DNA of 64,000 nt from Dehalococcoidia bacterium (lineage in GTDB: Bacteria > Chloroflexota > Dehalococcoidia > GIF9 > AB-539-J10), in NCBI GenBank assembly GCA_030612025.1, contig JAUWOR010000001.1:1-64000 (forward strand), given 5' to 3'. The notes under the pieces are model-generated. The model saw nothing but the letters and a program-made list of their open reading frames with translations, did no database searches and was not told the origin of the DNA. Shown in pieces: positions 18,933-28,921 of the stretch. A program made the position numbers and the translations under genes. Positions within the stretch are counted from its first letter, which is position 1. Each line of letters begins with the position of its first letter.

Positions 18933-19940
18933 ATGATAGCCCAGTTTTTCATTGTATTTAAGGATTACCTTATCGAGGTATTGCCCTTCCTGGCGATAGG
19001 GTTTTTCCTCAGTGGCTTGATCCACGAATTTGTTCCCACGGGGTTGGTAGAAAGACACCTCGGCGGGCGGGGAATAAAGCCTCTTCTCTATTCCACCCTC
19101 GCTGGGACAGTCCTTCCCATTTGCTGCTTTGGCTCTCTTCCGGTGGCGGTGAGCCTACATCAGAAGGGGGCGAGGTTAGGCCCAGTTTTAGCCTTCCTGG
19201 TGGCAACACCGGCTACCTCTGTAAGCGCTCTCTTGGTTTGCTATGCCTTGCTGGGGATAAAGTTCACCGTGTTTATATTCTTTGCCGTGATTTTGATGGG
19301 GTTGGTTATGGGTGCTATCGGCAACCTTATCAAGTTTGAGTCCAAGAGTTTGGCAAACCCCCTTCAGAAAGCAGAGATTGCTACAGATCCCGTTTGTGGC
19401 ATGAGCGTGGATACAGAAAAAGGATTAGCAAGTGAGTATGAAGGCAAGAGCTATTACTTTTGCTCTCCCCGTTGCCAGGCGACCTTTGAGAAGGAAGCGC
19501 AGAAATACGCCGGCGAGCATGCGAAGGGTGCCAAGGAAAGATTGATCTCTGCTTTCAGGTATGCCTTTGTGGATATGGTGAAGGAGATCGGCCCTGAGCT
19601 GCTTCTTGGTCTGGCCCTGGCAGCTCTGGTGGCAGCGATTACACCTATAGGGAAATTTGTGGGAAGCTATCTCAGCGGCGGATTAGGGTATCTATTCAGC
19701 CTTGTTTTTGGACTTTTGATGTATATCTGCTCCACCGCCAGCGTTCCCTTGGTTCATGCATTCGTTTCGCAGGGTATGAACATCGGCGCCGGGATGGTGC
19801 TGCTCTTAGTAGGTCCGATTACCAGTTGGGGAACTATCCTTGTTCTGAGAAAAGAATTCGGCGGCAAGACCCTGCTTGCTTATTTAATGGTCATTGCTAT
19901 AATGGCTTTGGCTTTGGGCTGGTGCTTTTCGATGATATAA
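18933..19940 (+). CDS. DUF318/ArsP-type permease with internal YHS domain
   Basis: LPICCFG, FLVATP, DPVCGM...YYFCS, YICSTASVP. Confidence 0.88.
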   Translation: MIAQFFIVFKDYLIEVLPFLAIGFFLSGLIHEFVPTGLVERHLGGRGIKPLLYSTLAGTVLPICCFGSLPVAVSLHQKGARLGPVLAFLVATPATSVSALLVCYALLGIKFTVFIFFAVILMGLVMGAIGNLIKFESKSLANPLQKAEIATDPVCGMSVDTEKGLASEYEGKSYYFCSPRCQATFEKEAQKYAGEHAKGAKERLISAFRYAFVDMVKEIGPELLLGLALAALVAAITPIGKFVGSYLSGGLGYLFSLVFGLLMYICSTASVPLVHAFVSQGMNIGAGMVLLLVGPITSWGTILVLRKEFGGKTLLAYLMVIAIMALALGWCFSMI

Positions 19941-19962
19941 ATTCTGAATAAAAGGAGGAAGT

Positions 19963-20511
19963 ATGAAAGTAAAGGCAGAAAACTTTTACCAAATCCTGTC
20001 ACCCAGATGGACAGTTCTCATCTCGACTATAGACAAAGAGGGCAAACCAAATGCCGCACCATTTAGTTTTGTTACCCCCGTCTCTTCTAACCCACCTTTG
20101 GTGCTTTTTGCCGCAGCACCACAGCGACATACTTTAGCTAATGTGAGGGAAACCCATGAATTTGTGCTAAACATTGTGCCGGAGCAACTTTTGGATAATC
20201 TTTGGATTTGCTCCAAGGCATTTCCAAAGGGAGTGAATGAAATAATTGAGTCCGGCCTTAGCGAAAGAAAGTCCAGGATGGTTAAGGCACCCGGCATCAA
20301 GGAGTGCCTTGCCTGGATTGAATGCCAACTTGAGTTTGAGAGGGAGGCAGGAGATCACATCCTTGTAGTGGGAAAGGTAATCAATGTAGAGTGCCAAAAT
20401 GAATTTCTCAAGCAAGGAGAGTTCGATGTTTCCCGGGTGAAGCCAGTGATGCATATTAATGGCAGGAGATTTGCCGTTGCCGAAAGAACAACACAGCCCA
20501 AAGTGCAATAA
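19963..20511 (+). CDS. Flavin reductase family protein
   Basis: NAAPFSF, HTLANVRET, GDHILVVG. Confidence 0.9.
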   Translation: MKVKAENFYQILSPRWTVLISTIDKEGKPNAAPFSFVTPVSSNPPLVLFAAAPQRHTLANVRETHEFVLNIVPEQLLDNLWICSKAFPKGVNEIIESGLSERKSRMVKAPGIKECLAWIECQLEFEREAGDHILVVGKVINVECQNEFLKQGEFDVSRVKPVMHINGRRFAVAERTTQPKVQ

Positions 20512-20539
20512 TACTGCTATCGCTTTAAGGCAAAAGCTA

Positions 20540-20860
20540 ATGGAGGCAGCTAAGATAATCATTCTTATAACCACCGGTAGCGAGGAAGAAGCTCACAGGA
20601 TAGCTGACCAGCTACTTAATCAAAGGAAGGCTGCCTGTGTAAATATTATGCCTAAGGTAGACTCACTCTTCTGGTGGCAAGGCAAGCTCGATTCAGCCCA
20701 GGAAAGCCTTATAGTCATCAAAACCAAAGCATCCAAGCTCAAGGAAATCACTGAATTGGTTAAAAAGGTTCACAGCTACGAAGTCCCTGAGGTAATCGCT
20801 CTTCCTATCGTTGGCGGCAACGAAGATTATCTCAAATGGCTTGATACTACCCTAGAATGA
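20540..20860 (+). CDS. cutA: Divalent cation tolerance protein CutA
   Basis: AACVNI, WWQGK, HSYEVPEVIALP; start at ATG 20540. Confidence 0.92.
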   Translation: MEAAKIIILITTGSEEEAHRIADQLLNQRKAACVNIMPKVDSLFWWQGKLDSAQESLIVIKTKASKLKEITELVKKVHSYEVPEVIALPIVGGNEDYLKWLDTTLE

Positions 20861-20943
20861 TAAAGATACCAAAAATTGGCTATCAAATAGACCATCACCA
20901 TGTCTGGAAAATTAGGTCGTAGAAAGAGTATACTAAACGAGTA

Positions 20944-21000
20944 GTCAGCAATCAGCGGTCACCAGTTAGCTGAAAACTGATAGCTGGTGGCTAATAGCTA
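20944..21000. repeat. TCAGC(A/T)AT...GCTGA heptamer hairpin repeat
   Basis: Related to 10512-10553 and 57490-57525. Confidence 0.55.
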
Positions 21001-21006
21001 AGAATA

Positions 21007-21786
21007 ATGGATGAGGTCACTATTTCCAAGGCCATAGCTGAGAGCTATATAAAAGACCTGCTTGAGGCAATGGAACTCGATGCTGCTATAGTGGGTGCTG
21101 GCCCAGCAGGAATGACTGCCGCTTACTACCTGGCAAAGGAAAAGGTTAAAATAGCCATATTTGAGAGGAAGTTAAGTGCTGGCGGAGGCATATGGGGAGG
21201 TGGCATGATGTTCAACAAAATTGTAGTCCAACCTGAGGGTAAAGAAATCTTAGATGAATTTGGCATTACCACCACCGAATACCAGAAGGGCTATTATGTC
21301 GCCAATGCTGTAGAAGTGGCCTCAACCCTTTGTTCTCTAGCTGTAAAAGCTGGAGCCAGGATATTTAATCTAATCAGCGTTGTGGATGTAGTCATCAGAG
21401 AAGCTGACAGAGTTAGCGGCCTGGTGTTAAACTGGAGCCCTGTTTCCATGGCGAACTTACACATTGACCCTCTAGCCATAAGGTCGAAACTGGTGATAGA
21501 TGCTACCGGGCATGACTGTGAGATTTGTCGCCTAGTCACTGAGAAAGTAGGAGGGAGGCTGAGGACAACAACCGGAAAGATAATTGGAGAAAAATCAATG
21601 TGGGCTGAGGTAGCTGAAAAGAAAGTCCCCGAAAATACCAAGGAGGTTTACCCTGGATTAATAGTCGCCGGTATGGCCGCTACTGCTGTCTTTGGCTCCC
21701 CAAGAATGGGGCCAATATTCGGTGGCATGCTGCTATCAGGCAGAAAGGCAGCTAAATTAGCTATAGAGTTGCTCAAAAAAGGCTAG
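21007..21786 (+). CDS. thi4: Sulfide-dependent thiazole synthase
   Basis: [38 protein letters not shown]. Confidence 0.93.
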   Translation: MDEVTISKAIAESYIKDLLEAMELDAAIVGAGPAGMTAAYYLAKEKVKIAIFERKLSAGGGIWGGGMMFNKIVVQPEGKEILDEFGITTTEYQKGYYVANAVEVASTLCSLAVKAGARIFNLISVVDVVIREADRVSGLVLNWSPVSMANLHIDPLAIRSKLVIDATGHDCEICRLVTEKVGGRLRTTTGKIIGEKSMWAEVAEKKVPENTKEVYPGLIVAGMAATAVFGSPRMGPIFGGMLLSGRKAAKLAIELLKKG

Positions 21787-21793
21787 AATTATT

Positions 21794-22996
21794 ATGTCAA
21801 AAACAATCGCTGAAATCACCGAGAAAATTAAAAGGGGAAAGGCAGTGGTGGTCACTGCCGAAGAGGTGATTGACATCACCAGGGAAAAAGGTGGCAGACA
21901 GGCAGCAGAGGAAATTGATGTCGTCACCACTGGCACTTTCAGCCCCATGTGCTCTTCAGGTGTCTTCCTCAATATCGGCCACTCCAAACCCAGAATAAAA
22001 CTCGGCGGCGGCAAGGTTTACCTTAATGATGTTCCAGTCTACACCGGGTTAGCTGCAGTGGATGTCTTTCTCGGAGCAACTGCTCTCCCTGACGATGACC
22101 CCAGAAATAAATTTTATCCCGGCGAATTTAACTACGGCGGTGGACATGTCGTTGAGGAACTTGTGGCCGGAAAAGATATCAGGCTGGTAGCCACTGCTTA
22201 TGGCACGGATTGCTATCCCGAGAAAAAGCTAGAAACATGGATCAATCTCAAAGACATCAATAATGCCATTCTGTTTAATGTCAGAAATGCCTATCAGAAT
22301 TATGATGTCGGTGTGAACTTGTCAGATGAAACGATTTACACTTACATGGGGGTGCTAAAGCCAGAATTGGGCAACGCCAATTATTGTACCTCCGGAGAGC
22401 TTTCCCCCTTGCTCAACGACCCTTATTACAAAACTATAGGCATAGGAACCAGGGTATTTCTTGGTGGCGACATTGGCTATGTTGCCTGGCATGGCACACA
22501 GCATAATCCACACGTTTTGCGCACAGACAACGGCACACCTAAAGGGCCTGCTGGAACCTTGGCACTCATCGGTGATCTGAAACAGATGAAACCGGAATGG
22601 TTAGTCGGAACGAGCATGCTTGGCTACGGCTGTACGCTAACTGTGGGCATAGGCATTCCCATACCCATACTATCCGAGGAAATCCTACGCTATACTATGG
22701 TAAGCGATGCTGCTATCTTTGCTCCCATTGTGGACTACTCTGAAGCCTATCCACAAAGGAAGCCAGATATTTTAGCAGAGGTTAGCTACGCTGAACTCAA
22801 AAGGGGACATATAACCATTCAAGGAAAAGATGTGCCCACGGCATCCTTATCCAGCTATCCTAAGGCAATAGAGATTGCCAATATCTTGAAAGGCTGGATA
22901 GAAAGAGGAGAATTTTTGCTCACAGAACCTGTAGCCCCTCTACCCGGGGCGGAGTCAGGCATAACCTTTAAGCCACTTAAAGAAAGGCCAATATGA
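21794..22996 (+). CDS. Homocysteine biosynthesis protein (aspartate-semialdehyde sulfurtransferase, DUF39)
   Basis: DVVTTGTFSPMCSSG, YGTDCYP, RNAYQNY, GTQHNP. Confidence 0.9.
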   Translation: MSKTIAEITEKIKRGKAVVVTAEEVIDITREKGGRQAAEEIDVVTTGTFSPMCSSGVFLNIGHSKPRIKLGGGKVYLNDVPVYTGLAAVDVFLGATALPDDDPRNKFYPGEFNYGGGHVVEELVAGKDIRLVATAYGTDCYPEKKLETWINLKDINNAILFNVRNAYQNYDVGVNLSDETIYTYMGVLKPELGNANYCTSGELSPLLNDPYYKTIGIGTRVFLGGDIGYVAWHGTQHNPHVLRTDNGTPKGPAGTLALIGDLKQMKPEWLVGTSMLGYGCTLTVGIGIPIPILSEEILRYTMVSDAAIFAPIVDYSEAYPQRKPDILAEVSYAELKRGHITIQGKDVPTASLSSYPKAIEIANILKGWIERGEFLLTEPVAPLPGAESGITFKPLKERPI

Positions 22997-23090
22997 TGGA
23001 TAAACTCTAAATCCTAAATTTAAGGAATTTAGATTTCGGATTTTGAATTTGTTTGGGATTTAGAAATTAGAGCTTAGGATTTTTATAAAG

Positions 23091-23501
23091 ATGGATATCT
23101 CTAGAAGAATAGTGCTTCATTTTCCTCCCCGTGTGACAGGACAGCCGGTTGTTTACCGCCTAGCCAAAGATTTCGATCTCACGTTTAACATTCTTAAAGC
23201 CTTGATAACGCCCGGAGAAGAGGGCTTGCTAATCATGGAACTAAGCGGTGACCAGAGAAACTATGATAAAGGCATCCAGTACCTCAATGAAGTGGGGGTA
23301 AAAATCCAGTCGTTAAGCCAAGACGTAGTCCGTGACGAAGCCAGGTGCACTCATTGCGGAGCTTGTATCAACCTTTGCCCCACTATCGCTTTCTCTTTAG
23401 AACCAAAAACCAGGAGGGTGCTCTTTGACCATAATAAGTGCGTCGTTTGCGGGTTATGTGTCAAGGCTTGCCCTCCCCGAGCTATGAGACTGTATTTCTG
23501 A
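23091..23501 (+). CDS. NIL domain + 2x[4Fe-4S] ferredoxin
   Basis: FNILKA; CTHCGACINLCP; CVVCGLCVKACP. Confidence 0.9.
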   Translation: MDISRRIVLHFPPRVTGQPVVYRLAKDFDLTFNILKALITPGEEGLLIMELSGDQRNYDKGIQYLNEVGVKIQSLSQDVVRDEARCTHCGACINLCPTIAFSLEPKTRRVLFDHNKCVVCGLCVKACPPRAMRLYF

Positions 23502-23517
23502 GCGAAGTGAAGAATCC

Positions 23518-24243
23518 ATGTACCAGCCACAGGCCTATCGCCATTGGATTAAAGATAGTGATCTAGTTTCCTTCAATGTAGTAGTAAAACAGACAGACTT
23601 ATATATCCGAGCCCGGCGCAACCTCAAGGAGAAAGCTCTCAAATCTGCGTTAAAACACCGTGCCTCTCTTGAGAAATATATTGGGCATCACCCACTCTTC
23701 CTAACCACATTGGAGCCTTACCAGACTGAGAAAGACGCTCCAGCCATCGTTAAAGAGATGTTCAGGGCATCGCAGTCAGCTGGCGTCGGTCCCATGGCAG
23801 CAGTAGCTGGCGCCATTGCTGAAGCCGTAGGCAAAGACTTGCTCCTCTTTTCACCGGAGATAATTGTGGAAAATGGTGGCGATATTTTTCTAAAAATATT
23901 GAAGAAGAGGCTGGTGGGAATTTATGCCGGCCAATCACCCTTTACAGGAACAATCGCCCTGGAAATCAAGCCAGAGGAAACACCTTCAGGTATATGCACT
24001 TCCTCTGCAAGCATAGGGCATTCCTTGAGCCTGGGCAGTGCCGATGCCGTTATCGCTCTTTCACCTTCCACACCTTTAGCCGATGCCATAGCTACTGCTA
24101 TAGGCAACGTGGTTAAAGACGCAGAAGACATTCCCAAGGCAATCGAGAAGGCTCAAAGAATAGAGGGATTACACGGCATAGTCATCATTAAGGGTGACAA
24201 GATAGGAATCTGGGGCAAAGTGAAAATTGTGCCCCTTAACTAG
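23518..24243 (+). CDS. UPF0280 / ApbE-like (COG2122) protein
   Basis: VGPMAAVAGAIA, VENGGDI, GICTSS, GHSLSLG. Confidence 0.9.
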   Translation: MYQPQAYRHWIKDSDLVSFNVVVKQTDLYIRARRNLKEKALKSALKHRASLEKYIGHHPLFLTTLEPYQTEKDAPAIVKEMFRASQSAGVGPMAAVAGAIAEAVGKDLLLFSPEIIVENGGDIFLKILKKRLVGIYAGQSPFTGTIALEIKPEETPSGICTSSASIGHSLSLGSADAVIALSPSTPLADAIATAIGNVVKDAEDIPKAIEKAQRIEGLHGIVIIKGDKIGIWGKVKIVPLN

Positions 24244-24266
24244 AGTTGCCATTTTATTCCCTAACT

Positions 24267-25259
24267 TCACCCAAACGTACATGCTGAGCAGCGCACCACT
24301 GTGAAAACTATGCTCTTACTAACCATATTGCCATAAGCGTCAGCCACTGTTACCGTAATAGTAATCGTGTCTCCCTTACCTGGCGCTGTCCAGGTAATTA
24401 TAGAGCCTTCCCCAGAAATTTGGCCTCCATCAGTGTTATCCCCTTTGGCTAACCACTCATAATTCAGTTCGCCACTCGCACTTGTAGCAATACACTTAAT
24501 TTCACAAGTTTTGCTTTTCAAAATCACGTAATCCCCTGAGGATTCTTTCATATATTTGGGTTCTTTAGGAGTAACAATTAGGTCTTCAATAACCGGCGGT
24601 GGATTGAGTGCCACACTAACAGTTAGCAATCTTGTCTCTTCACCACCGTAACCATCGCTAACTACAACTGTGATAGTATAAAGGCCCTCTGCCTCGGGAG
24701 CAGTCCAGGTTATAACCAAACCTGTGCCAGAAATATCACCGCCATCAGTTGACCACTCATAGTTCAACTCATCATCATCAGGGTCTTCAGCATAACATTC
24801 AATACGACAACTACTCGAAGGGGTAACCCAGTCCGTATCGACTATCAAGTTATGGATAATCGGTGGATGATTGTCCTTCACGGTGATAGTTACAGAATCA
24901 GTAGCTTCACCACCATTGCCATCGGTTACCCTGACCATGATATTATAGATACCTTCAGTCTCGGGGGCAGTCCAGGCAACAGTAGCTCCATCCCCATTTA
25001 TATTGCCCTCCCCGGCCGACCACTCATAGCTTAGCTCATCACCATCTTCATCCCAAGCAACACATTCAATTAGACAACTGTCCAGGGGACTAATTATGCT
25101 CTGTTTGGCTTCGATACTAGTGACGAGCGGCGGGTGGTTAATTGGAGAGCAACCACCCAGGAAAAAAATAGTAATGAGCAAGACAGCAAAAGCAGACATC
25201 CATTTATTTGATTTAAAGAACGCTAATTCCATTCCAAACCCTTTCTTCCCTATTAACAA
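24267..25259 (-). CDS. PKD/Ig-like repeat lipoprotein
   Basis: Lipobox LGGC; three NHPP...D.D.DEL.YEW...WTAP repeats; true start probably MELAF. Confidence 0.8.
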   Translation of the reverse strand: MLIGKKGFGMELAFFKSNKWMSAFAVLLITIFFLGGCSPINHPPLVTSIEAKQSIISPLDSCLIECVAWDEDGDELSYEWSAGEGNINGDGATVAWTAPETEGIYNIMVRVTDGNGGEATDSVTITVKDNHPPIIHNLIVDTDWVTPSSSCRIECYAEDPDDDELNYEWSTDGGDISGTGLVITWTAPEAEGLYTITVVVSDGYGGEETRLLTVSVALNPPPVIEDLIVTPKEPKYMKESSGDYVILKSKTCEIKCIATSASGELNYEWLAKGDNTDGGQISGEGSIITWTAPGKGDTITITVTVADAYGNMVSKSIVFTVVRCSACTFG

Positions 25260-25364
25260 AGCAGAGCTGCGAATCCAAAAATCTCCCGGTATGAAACACT
25301 AATATAATCAAACCCACGAAATTAGGCAACTCTCGTCCTTGGAGCTAGACTTTGTAAAGGATTC

Positions 25365-26084
25365 TTATCTATTCCCACCGGGATTTCCCTGATTGTGCTT
25401 CTGTTCCTGTGATCCTCCACCGGAGATTTCTCCTGGCTTGTGACGTCGCGCTTCCAATCTTTCTTGGATTCTTATTCGGGTCTCCTCGCCCACGTTACTG
25501 AATTGAAGATTGAGCTCTTCCTGATATTGTTCCATTTTCTGCTTCCCCTGAATTCTCTCAATGGCGTTCTCCAAATCAAAACTTGAATTTTCAATAGCAT
25601 TAAGAATCCCCTCCTCTGCCTGCTCTGGCACCTTTTCCAATACGCTGGCTAAAACTTGTTGCTGGCGGAAGTGGTTTTCTTTTAATTTTTCAATCAATGC
25701 CTCGACATCTTTACCTTCTTCTCTTACTCTTTCCATCCTTTGAACAGCTCTTTGAAACTGCTCCTGGAATTTTTCACAGTGCTTCTCAGCAAGTTCGCAT
25801 TTCCCTTTGTCGCATAGTTTCTTAATTGCCAAAGCATCCTCATTGGCAAATCTCAATTCCAGCTCGGCTTTTTCCTGAGTATTAAAAGCAAAAGCAAGAC
25901 GGATGGCTCTTCCCCAACCTTTCACAAAGTAAAAGGGTGAATCGGGCAGAATTCCAGGATCAGAAACCTCGCCAATAGAAACGTCCTCTTCCTCTGCTCC
26001 ATCTTGCGCCCAAACTGGACTTGCTGGAATTGCCAGCCCGATAATCACAAAACTGGCAAGGATGGCAAAGAACTTTTTACTCAT
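25365..26084 (-). CDS. DUF5667 domain secreted protein
   Basis: Signal peptide; PGILPDSPFYFVK motif. Confidence 0.8.
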   Translation of the reverse strand: MSKKFFAILASFVIIGLAIPASPVWAQDGAEEEDVSIGEVSDPGILPDSPFYFVKGWGRAIRLAFAFNTQEKAELELRFANEDALAIKKLCDKGKCELAEKHCEKFQEQFQRAVQRMERVREEGKDVEALIEKLKENHFRQQQVLASVLEKVPEQAEEGILNAIENSSFDLENAIERIQGKQKMEQYQEELNLQFSNVGEETRIRIQERLEARRHKPGEISGGGSQEQKHNQGNPGGNR

Positions 26085-26156
26085 ATTTTTATCCCCCCTA
26101 TTTTAGTATTTTAACTCCGACCTTAAAAGTATATAACGAAAAAAAGAACATTTGGT

Positions 26157-26924
26157 TTAGACTTCACTGATAGCCCCCATTATCTCATTCCATCTGCCAG
26201 TCTCCCAAGCCTGTATCCAGAGCACCACACAATATATTCCCACCCCTATAAAGACAATGGAGACTATTATGCGGATGATTTTCTCAGCGCGGTTGACCGC
26301 GTTTAGCCAGGTGGAAACCCTGGCCACGCCAGCGGATAGAAGCGTACCAAATACTAAAACGGGAAGCCCGGTGCCAATGGCAAACACCGCAGGTAGTGCC
26401 ACACCACCGGTAGATTTAAGAGCTAAAGGTATCAATACTCCAAAGAACAGAACAGCGCTATAAGGGCAAAAGGCCAGAGCAAATATAGCACCCATCAGGA
26501 ACCCGCCTATCATGCCCCAATCAGCGACCTTTCCCCCTATCGAAGCTAGCTTCCCGCCTCCCAAACCAAAAGAAAGCCTGTCGATATTTAGCATTATCAG
26601 CCCTACCACAATCAAAAGCGGACCTAAGATTTGCTCGCCAAAATCCTGAAGAAATGAAGCAACTCCAGGGATCTCAAGGCCAACCACGATGATCAGGATA
26701 CCAAGTATGGAATAGGAAAACATGCGCCCCAGCGTGTAGAGTATTCCAGTCATAACGGCGTACCTGCGTTCTGTCACTTTGCGGCTAACATATGCTACGG
26801 CAGCAATGTTGGTAGCCATAGGGCAGGGACTGATAGCAGTTAGCAGCCCCAGAAGCAGTGCTGAGAGCACGGGGATATTAAAGCTCTCGGAAAGCTGGTG
26901 CACTATGCCGCCAACATCCATCAA
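26157..26924 (-). CDS. arsG: ArsG-family (CcdA-like) membrane protein
   Basis: LTAISPCPMATNIAA, YTLGR, ALAFCPYS. Confidence 0.8.
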   Translation of the reverse strand: MMDVGGIVHQLSESFNIPVLSALLLGLLTAISPCPMATNIAAVAYVSRKVTERRYAVMTGILYTLGRMFSYSILGILIIVVGLEIPGVASFLQDFGEQILGPLLIVVGLIMLNIDRLSFGLGGGKLASIGGKVADWGMIGGFLMGAIFALAFCPYSAVLFFGVLIPLALKSTGGVALPAVFAIGTGLPVLVFGTLLSAGVARVSTWLNAVNRAEKIIRIIVSIVFIGVGIYCVVLWIQAWETGRWNEIMGAISEV

Positions 26925-27448
26925 CTTACTCCCTTAAGGCTTTTCTCAATCTTGCTCCTCACTGCCTTGACAAACGCCTCGTCATTGCCCAGGAGAAACC
27001 AGATTTCCTTCACCTCTTCAATGTGGTCAGTGCCATCTCTTACAGTGTTGATAAACAGTGATGAGGTAAAAGCGCCATATTTCTCGACAATGGCAGCGTT
27101 TTCCTTTATATTGACCGCCTCAAAAATTACCTTGCCACTAGCTAACTCGTCCTTGAAATAAGTTTCCACCGTATAGCGGATGCGATCCTCCGCATAGATG
27201 CAGCCACCGCAGCGCTGTGTCCGATGAAAGTAGACAACTTCAACCCTGTCAGCCAAGACCGAAGGCGTGTCTGAAGTTGGAGGTGGAGTAGAGGATGCTG
27301 TACAACCTAACATTAGAGACAGAATTAAACATGCCAAGAGAAGGGGATATAGAGTCTTGATTACCATACTAACTGTACCTGTATTTATTCCTTTAAAATG
27401 GCCTTCACGATGAACTCTTTTGCTCGCAAGGGGAAATCTTATCTTCAC
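26921..27448 (-). CDS. arsF: ArsF-family thioredoxin-like lipoprotein
   Basis: VEVVYFHRTQRCGGC; lipobox MLGC; start uncertain. Confidence 0.75.
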   Translation of the reverse strand: MKIRFPLASKRVHREGHFKGINTGTVSMVIKTLYPLLLACLILSLMLGCTASSTPPPTSDTPSVLADRVEVVYFHRTQRCGGCIYAEDRIRYTVETYFKDELASGKVIFEAVNIKENAAIVEKYGAFTSSLFINTVRDGTDHIEEVKEIWFLLGNDEAFVKAVRSKIEKSLKGVS

Positions 27449-27990
27449 TTTGCTGCGCCCTCCAAACCAACTGTCCCGAGCAGCCTGACCAGCGCCTCCT
27501 TATCCTCAGCAAATTCAGGCTTATTTAAAGCAGCGCAGTCCCTCAAGCGTTTTTGCCCCCTCATCATAGCCACGGCGAAGGCAAAGCAGGTGGGGAAGCC
27601 GCATTCCCGACAGTTGGTCTTGGGCAAAAAGTCAACTATATCCTTCGCCTTTATCTCTCCCTTTCTCTCATAAAGGGGAGTGATACTTTCCCGCCTCTTC
27701 CAGGTATCATTTATCAACTCCTTGAGATAATCCAGAATCTTTATCGCATCTTCTTCATATAGCACCTGCCCCACATTTATCTCCTGCGGCATAAGGCTTG
27801 TGAACCCTGTTTCCATTTTGAAAGTAAGGCTTGGCACTTTAGGGGTATATACCGCATTCTTAAGGACAGCGTTAAGGTAAGGAAAAACCTCGCTGATATC
27901 ATCGCTAAGCTCAGCTCTTACTGCAATCCATTCCGGATTGCAGAAACTGCGCTTAACCTTGGTTATCTTGTAGTTACGGAGAAGCAACAT
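27445..27990 (-). CDS. Putative Fe-S cluster-binding protein
   Basis: DDISEVFPYLNA; LPKTNCRECGFPTCFAFA...C. Confidence 0.85.
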   Translation of the reverse strand: MLLLRNYKITKVKRSFCNPEWIAVRAELSDDISEVFPYLNAVLKNAVYTPKVPSLTFKMETGFTSLMPQEINVGQVLYEEDAIKILDYLKELINDTWKRRESITPLYERKGEIKAKDIVDFLPKTNCRECGFPTCFAFAVAMMRGQKRLRDCAALNKPEFAEDKEALVRLLGTVGLEGAAK

Positions 27991-28017
27991 ACACCTCTTT
28001 TCTACTCGAGCATAAAT

Positions 28018-28191
28018 TCAAGTGTCGGAGGAATTCCAGTCGTGCCTCCTATTTGACACAAGTCTGGTGATAGTGCGTATAAATGAAGCTAGGGCGTTGG
28101 TTATGCCCGTATTCGACAGCCATCCAAAGCAGGAAAATATTATGTTCTCATGAGTTGGCATACCCTCTTGCCATTCTTTTTCTTGTGCCAT
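28018..28191 (-). pseudogene. Truncated DGC-type zinc-binding protein
   Basis: MAQEKEWQEGMPTHENIIFSCFGWLSNTGITNALAS then unrelated sequence and a stop at 57 aa. Confidence 0.55.
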
Positions 28192-28214
28192 CAGTTCACT
28201 TCCTTATTTAGATT

Positions 28215-28348
28215 TAGGCTGTTTAATTTTGATTTCTTATTCAATTCTGGGTATTTTGGAGATGCTTTACTCCAAATTTTCGTAGTTGCCTGATTCATCA
28301 GGCCTTTATCGCCCAATAAATTGGGCAACTACATTTTTAAACAGCCTC
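28215..28348. mobile_element. MITE-like element with GTAGTTGCC...GGCAACTAC core
   Basis: Ends TAGGCTGTTTAA / TTAAACAGCCTC; flanks TAGATT / TGGATT. Confidence 0.8.
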
Positions 28349-28610
28349 TGGATTTTCCATATTGCCGTTTATACTCCTTGAGTAACGCCACTGAGTAATC
28401 ATTATCCGCAGCAGATGCCACATAATTGTAAATCTTGCCCCTTTGGAGTAATTCTTTTTTGATAGCCCCATCATCGGCTAGCTTCAGGTCGGCAACCTCC
28501 TTGAGAATGTTCTCCAAGTTCAAAATGCCTACCTGGAAACCATCGGGCAAGGTCAGCTTCTTTACCATCCTTGCAGCGGCTGCGGGGCAGCATGGTTTCC
28601 CCCTTTGCAT
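28329..28610 (-). CDS. Small CC-motif hypothetical protein; stop codon supplied by MITE
   Basis: KPCCPAAAARMVK...VGILNLE...IYNYV; tail RGCLKM* lies within the element. Confidence 0.7.
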   Translation of the reverse strand: MQRGKPCCPAAAARMVKKLTLPDGFQVGILNLENILKEVADLKLADDGAIKKELLQRGKIYNYVASAADNDYSVALLKEYKRQYGKSRGCLKM

Positions 28611-28618
28611 TTTCCCTC

Positions 28619-28888
28619 CTATCTACGTAGTCTCTCCTCAATCCACTTCTTGATTTCCTTAACCTCAGGAATTCTGCCTTCTGCCATTTTTACTCCGTCC
28701 ACAATAACGGCAGGAGTGAAGAAAACTCCTCGATCCGATATCTGCTTGAAGCCCCTTACCTCTGTCACCATCACCTCCTCACTCTGTTTGAACTTTCCTT
28801 CTTTCTCCAAGTCCTCCAGTGCCTTCTTCGCATTCTTTTCAGCAGCAATACACCTAACACAGCCCGGTCCGCAAATCTCGATCTTCAT
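28619..28888 (-). CDS. Small redox-active disulfide protein (ArsE/MTH895-like thioredoxin)
   Basis: IEICGPGCVRC...GVFFTPAVIVDG...GRIP. Confidence 0.9.
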   Translation of the reverse strand: MKIEICGPGCVRCIAAEKNAKKALEDLEKEGKFKQSEEVMVTEVRGFKQISDRGVFFTPAVIVDGVKMAEGRIPEVKEIKKWIEERLRR

Positions 28889-28921
28889 GGTGCACCCCCT
28901 TAAATCTCATTTATTTCCTCC

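Noticed and set aside
20861-21006. TPP riboswitch upstream of thi4
   Set aside because: No TPP core seen; the structure there is a heptamer hairpin repeat.
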